DNA of 64,000 nucleotides from Candidatus Eiseniibacteriota bacterium (GTDB lineage: Bacteria; Eisenbacteria; RBG-16-71-46). The first letter of the stretch is position 1. Each line of letters begins with the position of its first letter. The stretch lies in NCBI GenBank assembly GCA_963776245.1, contig CAVZLN010000003.1:1120001-1184000 (forward strand). Direction: 5' to 3'. The translations under genes were made by a program, and so were the position numbers. Below the pieces are notes generated by a model, which saw nothing but the letters and a program-made list of their open reading frames with translations, did not search any database and was not told the DNA's origin. Below are positions 46,460 to 58,554 of this stretch, one piece after another.

Positions 46460-47596
46460 TCAGCGCGCCGGCGCCCGCGGGTCCCCGAGCGGTTCCACCC
46501 GGGCCGCTCTCGCCTGCTCGAGCGCCCGCGCGAGGGCGCGCTTCTCGTCGTCGTCGCCGGCCTTCGCCAGCAGCCGTTCGAGCGCGGTGACGTGCGCGAT
46601 GTGGAGCGCCGAGTCCGCGGCGCAGGCGACGTCGGGCCGCACACCCACGCCCTCCCAGTTGGTGTGCGAGACCGGATTGCGCGCGCGTCCGTTCGAGATG
46701 AACGCGGCGAAGTGCTCGGACAGCCGCACGAATCCGCCGGGGTTCGCGGCGCCGCCCGTGGTGTCACCGACCAGCGTGGCGCGCTTGAGGTTCTGGAGGT
46801 TGTACGAGAACTCCTCGGCCGCCGAGCCGGTGCGATGGCTGGTGAGCACGAACACGTCCCGGTCCGCGTCGCGCGGGCCGGGCACCCACGGCAGGGTGTG
46901 GAACTGCTCCTCGCGCTCGCTCCCGCCCTCGCGGAACACGAGGTCGTTCAGGTGGGTGCGCTCGTCGCCCGTGAACAGGAAGCTGGACACCAGCGCCACC
47001 ATCTCGGGGCTCCCGCCCCCGTTGCGCCGCAGGTCGATGATGAGCGCGTCGGTGTGCGCGAGCAGGTTCATCGCCGCGACCGCCGCGGCGCCGGCCTCGG
47101 GGCCGGGCGGGGCGAACTGGCGGATCTCGAGGTAGCCGACGTTCCCCGCCAGCCGCTCGGCGCGTTCGAAGCCGTAGTTCGCGCGCTCCGCCTGGCGCGC
47201 CAGGCGACGCCGCTCCTCGGGTGGCGGCGGGCCGTCGCGATCGAGCATGGGGATGGGCTCGAAGCGGTAGCCGACCCGGAAGTGGCGGTCCCGGCCCACC
47301 CGCCGCAACAGCTGGGTGAGGGTGTCGGAGAACGCCTCGGCGCTGGTGAAGCGGTCGAAGGCCCCGGCCCGCTCCTGGCGCCTCAGTTCGCGGTCGAGCT
47401 CTCGCGCCACGGCGGGGAAGACGTAGTTCGCGTGCAGCGCGTGGATCAGCGAGTCCACCACCGCGCGCCGCGTCGTGGCGTCCAGCGTCATGTCCGGCTG
47501 GTCGGCGCGCGGTGGTGCCATCTGGGCACGTGCGGATGCGAGGGCCCCGAGCGCGAGGACGAGCGCGAGGGCGAGGGTCGGGAAGCGACGGCGCAT
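46460..47596 (-). CDS. S41 family peptidase
   Basis: signal peptide, GNVGYL, IIDLRRNGGG, TGSAAEEF, WEGVGVRPD. Confidence 0.92.
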   Translation of the reverse strand: MRRRFPTLALALVLALGALASARAQMAPPRADQPDMTLDATTRRAVVDSLIHALHANYVFPAVARELDRELRRQERAGAFDRFTSAEAFSDTLTQLLRRVGRDRHFRVGYRFEPIPMLDRDGPPPPEERRRLARQAERANYGFERAERLAGNVGYLEIRQFAPPGPEAGAAAVAAMNLLAHTDALIIDLRRNGGGSPEMVALVSSFLFTGDERTHLNDLVFREGGSEREEQFHTLPWVPGPRDADRDVFVLTSHRTGSAAEEFSYNLQNLKRATLVGDTTGGAANPGGFVRLSEHFAAFISNGRARNPVSHTNWEGVGVRPDVACAADSALHIAHVTALERLLAKAGDDDEKRALARALEQARAARVEPLGDPRAPAR

Positions 47597-47813
47597 GACG
47601 AAGAGCCTCCGGGTCGGGACGGACAGGCGCGTCGGGAACCCCGGTTGGACCGTCCAGCGGGCGGCGCGGTTGCACGCTGCCCGGCCCCGTGGCGCCAGCG
47701 CGGCAGCGCGCTCGGCGAACGCGGCACGGGGAGGGGCAGAGGTGCGGGCCGGGTCGCCCCCCCGGGCGGTTCCGCCGGGTGCGGATCGCCTCCGTCGCTC
47801 CCCGCCATGGGTC

Positions 47814-47842
47814 TTGACACTGCCGGAGGCGGCCCCTAATCT
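47814..47842 (+). promoter_or_regulatory. sigma70 promoter of rho
   Basis: TTGACA-N17-TAATCT. Confidence 0.75.
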
Positions 47843-48117
47843 TCGTGTCGAGGCGGCGGCTTCGCTCTCGAAGTTCCCCGGCTCATGTGCGCGGTGCCCT
47901 CCATCTCACCCCGGGCGCGCCGAACTCCCCAGCACCTAACGTTTTGCCGCTTCCCTACCACCGAGGGTTCCTCTCCAGACTCACCCGAGTCGCAAGCCTC
48001 CCCCACGGACCACCCTGACCACCGGATCGAGACGCTTCCGCGACCCCGCATCCGGGTCGGGCGCCGCCGCACCCGCGGACCACACGGCCCCGCACCTCCG
48101 AAGAAGGCGCAACCACG

Positions 48118-49410
48118 ATGGACACCGAAGCCACCCCGCAGGCCACCAGCAGCGCGCAGACCATGGAACTCACGCAGCTCAAGGGCAAGACCATGTCCGA
48201 GCTGCTCCGCTTCTGCCAGGAGCTGGAGGTGCAGGGCACCAGCGGACTGCGCAAGCAGGAACTGATCTTCAAGATCCTCGAGGCCCAGACGCAGAAGAAC
48301 GGGCTGATCTTCGCCGAGGGCGTGCTGGAGATCCTGCCCGAGGGATACGGCTTCCTGCGCTCGCCGACCTACAACTACCTGCCGGGGCCCGACGACATCT
48401 ACGTGTCGCCGTCGCAGATCAAGCGCTTCGACCTGCGCACCGGCGACACCGTGTCGGGGCAGGTCCGTCCGCCCAAGGACGGCGAGCGCTACTTCGCGCT
48501 GCTGCGCGTCGAGGCGGTCAACTTCGAGAGCCCGGAGGCGGCGAAGGAGAAGATCCTCTTCGACAACCTCACGCCGCTCTACCCGCAGGAGAAGCTCAAC
48601 CTCGAGACCAAGGACCGCTGCCTGGAGACGCGCATCATCGACCTGCTGTGTCCGTTCGGGAAGGGCCAGCGCGGGCTCATCACGTCGCCGCCCAAGGCGG
48701 GCAAGACCATCCTGCTCCAGAAGATCGCCAACTCGATCACCGAGAACCATCCCGAGTGCGTGCTCATCGTGCTGCTCATCGACGAGCGGCCCGAGGAGGT
48801 CACCGACATGCAGCGCACGGTGAAGGGCGAGGTCGTGTCGTCCACCTTCGACGAGCCCGCCGAGCGCCACGTGCAGGTCGCCGACATGGTGATCGAGAAG
48901 GCCAAGCGGCTGGTCGAGCACAAGAAGGACGTGGTCATCCTGCTCGACTCCATCACCCGGCTGGCGCGCGCCCACAACACGGTGGTGCCGCACTCCGGCA
49001 AGATCCTCTCGGGCGGCGTCGACGCCAACGCCCTGCAGCGCCCCAAGCGCTTCTTCGGCGCGGCGCGCAATGTCGAGGAGGGCGGCTCGCTCACCATCAT
49101 CGCCACCGCGCTCATCGAGACCGGCTCGCGCATGGACGAGGTCATCTTCGAGGAGTTCAAGGGCACCGGCAACATGGAGCTGGTGCTCGACCGCAAGATC
49201 TCCGACAAGCGCATCTTCCCGGCCATCGACATCAACAAGTCGGGCACCCGCAAGGAGGAGCTGCTGATGGCCCCGGACGTGCTCCAGCGGGTCTGGATCC
49301 TGCGCAAGTTCCTCAACGAGCTGAACCCGGTCGAGGCGATGGAGTTCCTGACCTCGAAGCTCTCCGACACCAAGACCAACAAGAAGTTCCTGGAAGGCAT
49401 GAACTCGTAG
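48118..49410 (+). CDS. rho: transcription termination factor Rho
   Basis: [49 protein letters not shown]. Confidence 0.99.
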   Translation: MDTEATPQATSSAQTMELTQLKGKTMSELLRFCQELEVQGTSGLRKQELIFKILEAQTQKNGLIFAEGVLEILPEGYGFLRSPTYNYLPGPDDIYVSPSQIKRFDLRTGDTVSGQVRPPKDGERYFALLRVEAVNFESPEAAKEKILFDNLTPLYPQEKLNLETKDRCLETRIIDLLCPFGKGQRGLITSPPKAGKTILLQKIANSITENHPECVLIVLLIDERPEEVTDMQRTVKGEVVSSTFDEPAERHVQVADMVIEKAKRLVEHKKDVVILLDSITRLARAHNTVVPHSGKILSGGVDANALQRPKRFFGAARNVEEGGSLTIIATALIETGSRMDEVIFEEFKGTGNMELVLDRKISDKRIFPAIDINKSGTRKEELLMAPDVLQRVWILRKFLNELNPVEAMEFLTSKLSDTKTNKKFLEGMNS

Positions 49411-49462
49411 CGGCGCCGGACCGGCACCGCGCCGGTGCCCTGCCGGTGCCTCGAGGTTACCC

Positions 49463-50023
49463 ATGGGTCCCATCGCCATCCCGCGCCCGTCCGCCGGCGA
49501 TCACGCGCCGGGATTCACCGACGAGATCGCGCTGGTGCCCGACGCGCCCGATTTCGGCGCGCTGCTGGCCACGCAGGCGGAGGAAACGGTGGCCCTGCTG
49601 GCGCGCTTCGGCGAGAGCGGCGCGGGGGTGCGCTACGCCCCGCAGAAGTGGACGGTGCGCGAGACCGTGGGCCACCTCGCGGACTGCGAGCGCGTCCTCG
49701 GCTATCGCGCGCTGCGCCTGATGCGCGGGGACGACACCGCGCTGCCGCGCTTCGACGCCGCGGCCTACGTGTCCGCGGCGGGGTTCGAGGCGCGGCCGCT
49801 CGCGGGCGTGCGCGAGGAGTTCCTCGCCGTCCGCCGATCCACCATCGCGCTGTTCGAGGGGGCACGTCCGGACTGGCTCGCGCGCCGCGGCCGGGTCGGA
49901 TCGGGCGTCATCACGGTGGCGGCCATCGCCTATCTCATCGCGGGGCACGAGCGTCACCATCAGGCCCTGCTGCGGGACCGGTACCTGCCGCTCGTCCCGG
50001 GCCCGAGCGGCGGCGCCGGGTGA
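49463..50023 (+). CDS. DinB family protein
   Basis: [21 protein letters not shown]. Confidence 0.85.
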   Translation: MGPIAIPRPSAGDHAPGFTDEIALVPDAPDFGALLATQAEETVALLARFGESGAGVRYAPQKWTVRETVGHLADCERVLGYRALRLMRGDDTALPRFDAAAYVSAAGFEARPLAGVREEFLAVRRSTIALFEGARPDWLARRGRVGSGVITVAAIAYLIAGHERHHQALLRDRYLPLVPGPSGGAG

Positions 50024-50481
50024 CCGCCGCCCGGAGCGGCGATCCAGGCGTGCCGCCCGCGCCACCGGAGCGCTTCGAACTGGCGCTGCGCGTCGAGCCC
50101 TCGGACATCGACGTGCTCGGGCACGTGAACAACGTGGTCTACCTGCGGTGGGTGCAGGACGTGGCGATCGCGCACTGGCAGAGCGCCGCGACCCCCGCGC
50201 AGCAGGCGGCGCTGGTGTGGGTGGTGGTGCGCCACGAGATCGACTACAAGAGCCCGGCGCTCCCCGGGGACGCGCTCATCGCGCGCACCTGGGTGGGAGT
50301 GGCCTCGCGGCGCACCTTCGAGCGCCACACCGAGATCGTGCGTGCCAGCGACCAGCGCCTGCTCGCGCGCGCGCGCACGCTGTGGTTCCCGCTCGACCCC
50401 CGCCACGGACGTCCGGCGGTGGTCGGCGACGACGTGCGCGCGCGCTTCTCCGTGCCGGGTGAAGGTCCGGCGTCGGAGTGA
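50020..50481 (+). CDS. acyl-CoA thioesterase (4HBT/YbgC-like)
   Basis: DIDVLGHVNNVVY; GTGA overlap with the upstream gene. Confidence 0.9.
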   Translation: MTAARSGDPGVPPAPPERFELALRVEPSDIDVLGHVNNVVYLRWVQDVAIAHWQSAATPAQQAALVWVVVRHEIDYKSPALPGDALIARTWVGVASRRTFERHTEIVRASDQRLLARARTLWFPLDPRHGRPAVVGDDVRARFSVPGEGPASE

Positions 50482-50512
50482 CGCGGCCCGCTCACGCGTG
50501 GAGGGCGCGACC

Positions 50513-51070
50513 GTGACCGGCGCCGGCCCGCGCGAGCGCTCCGCCGCCGTGCTCGTGCCGCTGTTCCGCGACGCCGCGGACGCGCTGCGCGTGGTGCTCA
50601 TCCGCCGCGCCGCAGGGGGGCTGCATGGCGGGCAGCTCGGGTTCCCCGGCGGCAAGCGCGAGCCGTGCGATGCCACGCTCCGCGACACCGCGCTGCGCGA
50701 GGCCGAGGAGGAGCTCGGACTGCCGCGGGCGGCGGTCGAGCACCTCGCCGACCTGCCGGTGGTCGAGACCCGCGCGTCGGACATGCGCATCGCCCCCTTC
50801 CTGGTGCGCATCGAGCGGCCCGCCCGGTGGCGGATCGACGCGCGCGAGGTCGCCGAGGTGATCGAGCCCCGCGTGGCGGACCTCGCGCATCCGGATGCCC
50901 GCGGCATGGCGTTCGAGACCCTGCCCGGTCGTGCGGCGCCCCTGCGCATCGAGTTCTATCGGGTCGGTCCGCACCGGCTGTGGGGCGCGAGCCATCGCAT
51001 CCTGCGGCCGCTGATGGAGCGGCTCGCCGCCGGCGAGTGGGCGTCGATGGGGATCCCGCCTCAGCCCTGA
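50513..51070 (+). CDS. Nudix CoA pyrophosphatase
   Basis: AAVLVPL, HGGQLGFPGG...ALREAEEELG Nudix box, LWGAS. Confidence 0.88.
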   Translation: MTGAGPRERSAAVLVPLFRDAADALRVVLIRRAAGGLHGGQLGFPGGKREPCDATLRDTALREAEEELGLPRAAVEHLADLPVVETRASDMRIAPFLVRIERPARWRIDAREVAEVIEPRVADLAHPDARGMAFETLPGRAAPLRIEFYRVGPHRLWGASHRILRPLMERLAAGEWASMGIPPQP

Positions 51071-51092
51071 GCCCGCGGGCTGGGCGCCCCCG

Positions 51093-52856
51093 CTACCGCT
51101 GCCGCGTGGAAACGGCCGCCGCCTCCGGCGTCGGTGCGCGGTGGAGCTCCCCCCACTCGAGCGGGGGATTGAGCACGAACCTGGCGCCACGCCGGAGCTT
51201 CAGGGCCTCGTCGAGGCGGCGGTCGATGCCATAGAGGTCGTCGCGATAGTGCACGGCGCCCGCCGAGTCCGCCCACGCCGTCCAGTAGAGGAAGTGCACC
51301 GGCATGGGCCGCGGCAGGCCGACGTTGCGCTCGATCCCGGCGGCCTCGAGCGAGTCCACCGAGTCCGCGGTCGCCTCCGCCCAGCGCGGCGCGAGCAGGC
51401 GCTCGGCGAGGGCGTGCGGCTGCTCCACGCGCACGCACCCGTGGCTGAGCGCCCGCGCCGCCGCGGCGAAGTGCGAGCGCTGCGAGGTGTCGTGCAGGTA
51501 GACGTCGTATTCGTTCGGGCACATGAACTTGATGAGCCCGAGCGGATTCCCCGGCCCGCCATCCTGCACCACCAGGTAGGGGAAGGTGTCGGTCTCGGCG
51601 GTGCTCCAGTCCACGGTCTCGGGCGGCACCTCGACCGGCGCGGGCGCATGCACGAAGAACACCCGCATGTGGTTCTTCGCCAGGTACGCCCGGTCGCGCT
51701 TGAGCGCCGGCGCGATCTCCTCGACCAGGATGCGCCGGGGCACCCGCCACGTAGGGTCGAACTGCAGATAGGTGACCGCGTCGCTGAACACCGGGGTCGG
51801 GTTGCGCGCCTCGCCCACGATGACGCGCATGCGCAGCACGGCGCGGGCGCTGTCGCGCATCTCGAGCGTGCAGTCCGGCAGGTTGACGAGGATGCAGGGC
51901 TCGGGCGGGGGCAATGGCATCCAGCGCCGGCGCTCCAGATTGAGCGCGAGCGTGCGCGCGCGCTCGGCGGCCGGCACGCCGAGCGCGGCGCGCGTCGGCG
52001 CATCCACCACCCCGCTCGGCGTCAGCGCGTGGTGTTCCTGGTAGTCGCGCACCGTGCGCTCGAGCGCGGCGTCGAACGGCGCCTCGACCGTGCCGGTGTC
52101 CGCGCCGGTCTCGGCGGCCAGCCGGCGGCGCAGTCGCGCCACCGCGGGGCCGCTGTCCCCACGCCGGAGCGTCCCACCCGCGGCGAGGCGCGGCCAGCCG
52201 CCGCGCGCCGCCGCGTCGAGCGCCACCCCGAGGGCATGGCGCAGCGCGAGCGAGCCCGGGTCGCCGGGCCCCAGAGCCTCCATCACCACCGCGGTGCGCC
52301 CGGGACGCAGGGCCGCCGCGAGCGTGGCGAGCGGATCGCGCGGCGCCCGCGCCCGCGCCCAGTCGGGATCGAGCGCGCTCGCCGGGACGCGGCCCTCGCT
52401 CGCGTCGCGCGCGTAGCGCAGGAAGGCCCGCGTCAGCCGGATGTCGAGCCCCGCGAGCGATTCGGCCGCCGCCGCCGGCCGCGCCGCGCGCATGCGTTCG
52501 CACGCTCGCTCGAGCACGGCGCCGCCGTAGTCCGCGGGCTCCAGCCCCGCGCGTGCGGCCTCGGCCAGCGCGTGGGCGCACGCGGAAGCCGCTGCCTGCG
52601 GGTGGCGGCCGTCGCTCCACGCCGGGCGATCCCCGCGCCGGTGGTAGAACCCCAGCATCGCCACCAGGAGCGAATCGTGAGCGGGAGCGGCCCGCTGCAC
52701 CACGAGGCGGGCGGTGATGGCCGCCTCGGTGCTCGCCACCTCGGGAGGGATGCGGGTCACCCGCCACACCACGAACACCACGGCGAGCAGCGCCAGCGCC
52801 ACGAAGGTGGCCGCGGCGCGGATGCGGGGCGGGGACGGCGAAGAGGAGGCAGTCAT
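51093..52856 (-). CDS. L,D-transpeptidase (YcbB-like) with peptidoglycan-binding domain
   Basis: NLERRRW, NPLGLIKF, VYLHDT, SHGCVRV, YRDDLY. Confidence 0.92.
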   Translation of the reverse strand: MTASSSPSPPRIRAAATFVALALLAVVFVVWRVTRIPPEVASTEAAITARLVVQRAAPAHDSLLVAMLGFYHRRGDRPAWSDGRHPQAAASACAHALAEAARAGLEPADYGGAVLERACERMRAARPAAAAESLAGLDIRLTRAFLRYARDASEGRVPASALDPDWARARAPRDPLATLAAALRPGRTAVVMEALGPGDPGSLALRHALGVALDAAARGGWPRLAAGGTLRRGDSGPAVARLRRRLAAETGADTGTVEAPFDAALERTVRDYQEHHALTPSGVVDAPTRAALGVPAAERARTLALNLERRRWMPLPPPEPCILVNLPDCTLEMRDSARAVLRMRVIVGEARNPTPVFSDAVTYLQFDPTWRVPRRILVEEIAPALKRDRAYLAKNHMRVFFVHAPAPVEVPPETVDWSTAETDTFPYLVVQDGGPGNPLGLIKFMCPNEYDVYLHDTSQRSHFAAAARALSHGCVRVEQPHALAERLLAPRWAEATADSVDSLEAAGIERNVGLPRPMPVHFLYWTAWADSAGAVHYRDDLYGIDRRLDEALKLRRGARFVLNPPLEWGELHRAPTPEAAAVSTRQR

Positions 52857-52933
52857 GGTGAGATGGTGCTCGCGAGCACCACACTCTATACTTCACCCAT
52901 CGCCGCCCTGTCGACCCCTCGCTCGGAGCCTCC

Positions 52934-54274
52934 ATGACCCAACCCGGCGGCCTGCTCTCCCGCGGCTGCCTCGTGCTCGCCCTCGCCCTGCCGGCCGCGG
53001 CCGCGGTGGCACCCGCGCATGCCGCCGGGGCCCGCGCCGTCACCGACAGCGCGCTCGCGGCGGAGCGCCGCGCGCAGGGCTACGACGGCGACGTCCGGGC
53101 CCGCGCCCGCGCCGCCGAAGGGGTCCGCGCCGCGCTCGCCGAGTCCCTCGCGGTGCCGCCGCCGGGGGCGGCCGGGGAATCGGTGCGGATGTACGGCGAG
53201 GCGATCCGCGTTCTCCGCGCCACACCCGGCCCGGCCGAGCGCGAGCGCGCGGCCGGCCTGCTGAGTCAGGTCGCCGAGGAGCGGGGGGACGCGCGCGCCG
53301 CCCAGTTGCTGGGCTTCCTCTACAAGAGCGGCGACCTGCTCGGGCGCGACGACGCGCGTGCGGCGCACTTCTTCCTGCTCGCCACCCACGCTTCGGGCGG
53401 CTGCGCGGTGGCGCCGTCGTTCGCCCAGCTCGCGCACGCCTACTTCACGGGCACCGGCGTGGCGCGCAGCGACTCGATGGCGGCCCGCGCGGTGAGCGCG
53501 GCGTACTTCGGGGCCGCCGCCGAGGCCTGCCGCGCCGGGTACGGCGAGCGCGACCGCTGGGTGGCGCGCCAGGGGCTGTTCTACATCGCCGGCGAGTCGC
53601 GGATGCGGGGCGACGGAGTGCGCCCGGACCCATCCGGCGCGACCTATCAGTTCGACAAGGGAGCGCGCTTCGGAGAGGCGGCGTGCGCGCTGCGAGCGGC
53701 GTTGCTGTTCCTGCCGGCGGCGGTGGTGGACGAGGAACTGGGCGGGACGGTCGCGCCCGATCCCGAGCGCGCGCGCGGCTACCTGGAACAGGCCCGGGGC
53801 GCCGGGGTGGAGGTCGCGTCGTTGCTGCTGGCGCGCTGCCTCGCGATGGGCGTCGGCGGGGAGGCGGACCCGGCGCGCGCGCTCACGCTGTTCGAATTCG
53901 CCGCCGAGCACCGGTTGCCGCGGGCGCGCTTCGAACTGGCCGTGCGGCTCGCCGGCGGCGAGGGGCTGCCACGCGATGGGGAGCGGGGGCGTCGCGAATT
54001 GGAGCGGGCGGCGCGCGAGGACGACCCCCGGGCGATGAGCGTGCTGGGCAGCCTGGTCTACGGTGAGGCGGTCGAGGCGCGGCCGGTCGCGGACGCCCGG
54101 CGGCTCGCCGAGGCGGCGGGCTGGTTCGAGAAGGCCGCGGCGGCCGGCGATGGCCAGGCGATGTTCGCGCTCGGCGCCATGCACCGCCTCGGGCAGCACT
54201 ACCCCCAGGACCTGGCCCAGGCCGCGAAGTGGTTCGCGAAGGCGAAGGCCGCGGGGGTCACCGGCCCGCGGTGA
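52934..54274 (+). CDS. secreted Sel1-repeat protein
   Basis: signal peptide; repeats such as WFEKAAAAGDGQAMFALG. Confidence 0.8.
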   Translation: MTQPGGLLSRGCLVLALALPAAAAVAPAHAAGARAVTDSALAAERRAQGYDGDVRARARAAEGVRAALAESLAVPPPGAAGESVRMYGEAIRVLRATPGPAERERAAGLLSQVAEERGDARAAQLLGFLYKSGDLLGRDDARAAHFFLLATHASGGCAVAPSFAQLAHAYFTGTGVARSDSMAARAVSAAYFGAAAEACRAGYGERDRWVARQGLFYIAGESRMRGDGVRPDPSGATYQFDKGARFGEAACALRAALLFLPAAVVDEELGGTVAPDPERARGYLEQARGAGVEVASLLLARCLAMGVGGEADPARALTLFEFAAEHRLPRARFELAVRLAGGEGLPRDGERGRRELERAAREDDPRAMSVLGSLVYGEAVEARPVADARRLAEAAGWFEKAAAAGDGQAMFALGAMHRLGQHYPQDLAQAAKWFAKAKAAGVTGPR

Positions 54275-54514
54275 AGCCACCGCGGCCGGGAACCGGCCGC
54301 GGGACCGGCCGCGAGGCGTGCCGGAGGCCGGGACCGGTCCCGGGCGCACGATCCCAGGGGCGGCTCGAGGGCGTTTGGCAAGCACCGGCCGCTTCGGGCA
54401 TACTCCCCGGCCGCTATCCAACACCGTCCCGCGCGGAGCGCCCGGCCCACGAGAGCCCTGAGCGACCATCGTGAAGAGGCCGGCCGGGGAACGCCGCCGA
54501 GAGGAGAAGTCGCG

Positions 54515-54766
54515 ATGAAGTCAGGACTGCATCCGATCTACAAGCTCCGCACCTTCCACTGCTACGGCTGCAACGCGGAGTTCGAGACCCGCACCACCAT
54601 CGAGCCCCACACCAACGACGGCAAGGTGCATCTCGACGTGTGCTCGAGCTGCCACCCGTTCTTCACCGGCAAGCAGAAGATGATCGACAAGGCCGGCCGC
54701 GTGGAGCGGTTCCGCAGGCGTTACGAGAAGAAGGACGACGCCAAGCCCGAGCCCGCGCAGTCCTAG
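54515..54766 (+). CDS. rpmE: 50S ribosomal protein L31
   Basis: MKSGLHP, CSSCHPFFTGKQ, GRVERFRRRY. Confidence 0.96.
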   Translation: MKSGLHPIYKLRTFHCYGCNAEFETRTTIEPHTNDGKVHLDVCSSCHPFFTGKQKMIDKAGRVERFRRRYEKKDDAKPEPAQS

Positions 54767-54817
54767 CACGTCCCGAGCGGCTCCCAGGCGGGCGAACGCC
54801 CGCCGGGAGCCGTTCGC

Positions 54818-55769
54818 ATGTCCGGAGACCGAGTTGCCCTTCCTGCCCATCGGCGGCCAGGCCGTCATCGAAGGCGTCATGATGCGCTCGCCCTCGCTCA
54901 TCGCGGTCGCGGTGCGCCGCCCGGACGGCACGCTGGCGTACTTCGACCGCTCCTACCGGTCGGTCACCCTGCGCGTGAAGGCGCTGGGGCTGCCGGTGGT
55001 GCGCGGCGCCGTCGCGCTGTTCGAGACCCTCTACCTCGGCATCACCGCGCTCAACTTCAGCGCCGACGAGGCCACCCACGAAGAGGGCAAGGCCGCGTCC
55101 AGGCCCTCGACCGGGCAGAGCGTGCTGCAGGGCGCCACGCTGGTGATCTCGCTCGCCGTCGGGGTGCTCCTGTTCGTGGTGCTGCCCGCGCGCCTCACGG
55201 TGGCGGCCGGCGCCACCGGGCGGGTGGCGTTCGGCCTCCTGGACGGCGCGTTCCGGCTGCTGGCGTTCCTGCTCTACCTGTTCCTCATCAGCCAGTGGAA
55301 GGAGATGGCGCGCGTGCTCGGCTACCATGGCGCGGAGCACAAGGCGATCCACGCGCTCGAGGCGCGTGCGCCGCTGAGCCCCGAGAGCGTGCAGACGTTT
55401 TCGCGCTTCCACCCGCGTTGTGGCACGACGTTCCTGTTCATCGTGGTGATCGTGAGCATCGTGGCGTTCACCTTCATCGGCCGCCCGCGCAACGTGCAGG
55501 ACCACCTGCTGCGCATCGCCTGCATGCCGCTGATCGCGGGCGTGGCGTTCGAGTTCATCCGCCTCTCGGGGCGCCACCAGGACAAGCCATGGGTGCGCGC
55601 GCTGACGTGGCCGGGCCTGCAGTTCCAGCGCCTCACCACCCGCGAGCCCGACCTCACCATGTGCGCCGTCGCCATCGCCGCGCTCGAGCGCGTGCGCGGT
55701 GACGAGACCGTGCTCCGGCTCGAGGCCGCCGGCGATGGCGCGCGCCCCGAACTGACGTTCGTCCAGTAA
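54818..55769 (+). CDS. DUF1385 membrane protein (start at ATG 54818 needs one indel; otherwise TTG 54834)
   Basis: [32 protein letters not shown]; usual rpmE-prfA neighbourhood. Confidence 0.9.
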
Positions 55770-55773
55770 CGCC

Positions 55774-56850
<1,077 letters not shown>

Positions 56851-57015
56851 GCCGCTCGCGCGCGGCGCCGACCCGGCGCCCGATCCGCCGCGCAACTTCG
56901 CGCCCGGCCATTCGTCCGTAGAGCAGGCGCGGGCGACGCGATCGCGATCGTCCCCGCCGCCGTCCTCACGGCCGCGGCGTCCCGGTCCACTTCCCACCCT
57001 CGAGGAGCACGGAAC

Positions 57016-57759
57016 ATGGAGCTGCACATCGCATCGGCGTCGTCCCGCGTCCGCGGGCTCGCCACCGCCCTCACGCTCGTCCTGGCCGCCGCCGCCGCTC
57101 CCGCCCGCGCCGCCGAGACGCCGGCCTCCCGCGCCCCGAACGCGCTGGACGGGGTGTGGAAGCTGAACGAGGCGCAGAGCGAGAGCTTCCAGAAGAAGAT
57201 GGCCGAGTTGCGCGGGGATTCCGGTGGCGGACCGGGTGAAGGGCGCGGGGGTGGCCGCGGCATGCGGGGCGGCGAGGGCGGCATGGGAGGCCGGCCCGAA
57301 GGCGGATGGGGCGGACATGGGGGCCACGGCGGCGGCGGCGAGGGCCGCGGTCCCGGCCGTGAAGGGGGTGGGCCCGGTGGCGACGGTGGGGGCCCGGAGG
57401 GCGCGGGCGGCGACCGGACGCCGCGTCTCAATCTGCTCGCGCGGCCGCCGCTCATGCTGGTCGTCGAGCAGAGCGACAGCGCGGTCGTGCTGAGCGAGCG
57501 CGGCGACCTGCTCGAGACCCTGGTGATCGCCGGCGCGGTCGACACGGTGGCGCCGTCGGGGCCGCCGCGGGTGGCGGCGCGCTGGGCGGGCAAGCGCCTC
57601 GAGGCGGAGGGAGCCGGCCCGCGCGGGGGCAAGCTGCGCCAGACCTATCAGCTCTCCGCGGACGGCAACCAGCTCACCGTGGTGGTGCGCGCCGAGGGCG
57701 TCAACGGCCGACCGCCGATCGAGCTCAAGCGAGTGTACGACCGCTACCAGGGCGACTGA
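57016..57759 (+). CDS. secreted hypothetical protein with Gly-rich insert (lipocalin-like beta fold suspected)
   Basis: GAGGAG RBS, signal peptide, LDGVWKLN...Gly-rich...YQLSADG...KRVYDR. Confidence 0.75.
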   Translation: MELHIASASSRVRGLATALTLVLAAAAAPARAAETPASRAPNALDGVWKLNEAQSESFQKKMAELRGDSGGGPGEGRGGGRGMRGGEGGMGGRPEGGWGGHGGHGGGGEGRGPGREGGGPGGDGGGPEGAGGDRTPRLNLLARPPLMLVVEQSDSAVVLSERGDLLETLVIAGAVDTVAPSGPPRVAARWAGKRLEAEGAGPRGGKLRQTYQLSADGNQLTVVVRAEGVNGRPPIELKRVYDRYQGD

Positions 57760-57886
57760 GGGCGCGCCGCGCGCCGGCCCCGGCGGACAGCGGGCCGCGC
57801 ACGGCGTGGACGGCGCAGCCGCGCAGGTTCACAAGCGCGCGGGAGCCGAGAGGCATCCCGCGCCGCTGAGGGCGCGTCGCCGCGTC

Positions 57887-57902
57887 CGGCACGGCGCGTG
57901 CA
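57887..57902 (+). promoter_or_regulatory. candidate sigma54 promoter
   Basis: CGGCACGGCGCGTGCA (GG-N10-GC). Confidence 0.45.
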
Positions 57903-57954
57903 GAGGCACACGGCCATCGCCTCCGCGCTCCACCCGCTCCCGCACCGGTGCCCG

Positions 57955-58554
57955 ATGCGCACCCTGTCCAGGTGGCCTCCGGCAGCGAGGCCGCGCCTCG
58001 AGTGGCCGTTCCCCGCGTGGTTCATGCCGCTCTGGCTCGTCATCGTGCTGTGGGCGTGGTGGGAGCGGCTGGCGCGCGAGCTCGACGGGACCGGGATCGC
58101 GACCCTGGCGGTGGGCGGCGTTCCGATGGCGGCCCATCTGGCGCTCGGCGCACGCGCGCTCGGCTGGATCGGCGAGGCGCTCTTCTACACGCTGGCGTGG
58201 CGCGCCGTGGGCGCGCGCATGCCGGTGCTGCGGCTCGCCGCGGCGCTGGTGTCGTTCTCGCTCTTCGACCTGGTGGCGCTCGGCGTGCGCGACGTGCGTG
58301 GCTGGGCCGGTTCGCCGCTGGTCTCCGTGATCGCGGGGGGTGTGGTGGCCCCCGGCGAGGGCCCCGCCGCGCTCGCGCTGGCTGGCTTCGGCCTGTGCGC
58401 GGTCGCGCGTATGGTGTGCACCGCGCACGCGCAGGCGCGCGCGCTCGGCCGCGGGCTCGCCGCGCCGCTGGCGCTCACGTCCGCCACCCACGCGGCGGCG
58501 CGCGCGGCGCTCACCCTGGCCGTCACCTGGGCGCACGGAAGGAGTCCGATGTGA
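57955..58554 (+). CDS. multi-pass membrane protein (Yip1-like topology suspected)
   Basis: about five hydrophobic segments; stop overlaps the next GTG. Confidence 0.6.
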   Translation: MRTLSRWPPAARPRLEWPFPAWFMPLWLVIVLWAWWERLARELDGTGIATLAVGGVPMAAHLALGARALGWIGEALFYTLAWRAVGARMPVLRLAAALVSFSLFDLVALGVRDVRGWAGSPLVSVIAGGVVAPGEGPAALALAGFGLCAVARMVCTAHAQARALGRGLAAPLALTSATHAAARAALTLAVTWAHGRSPM

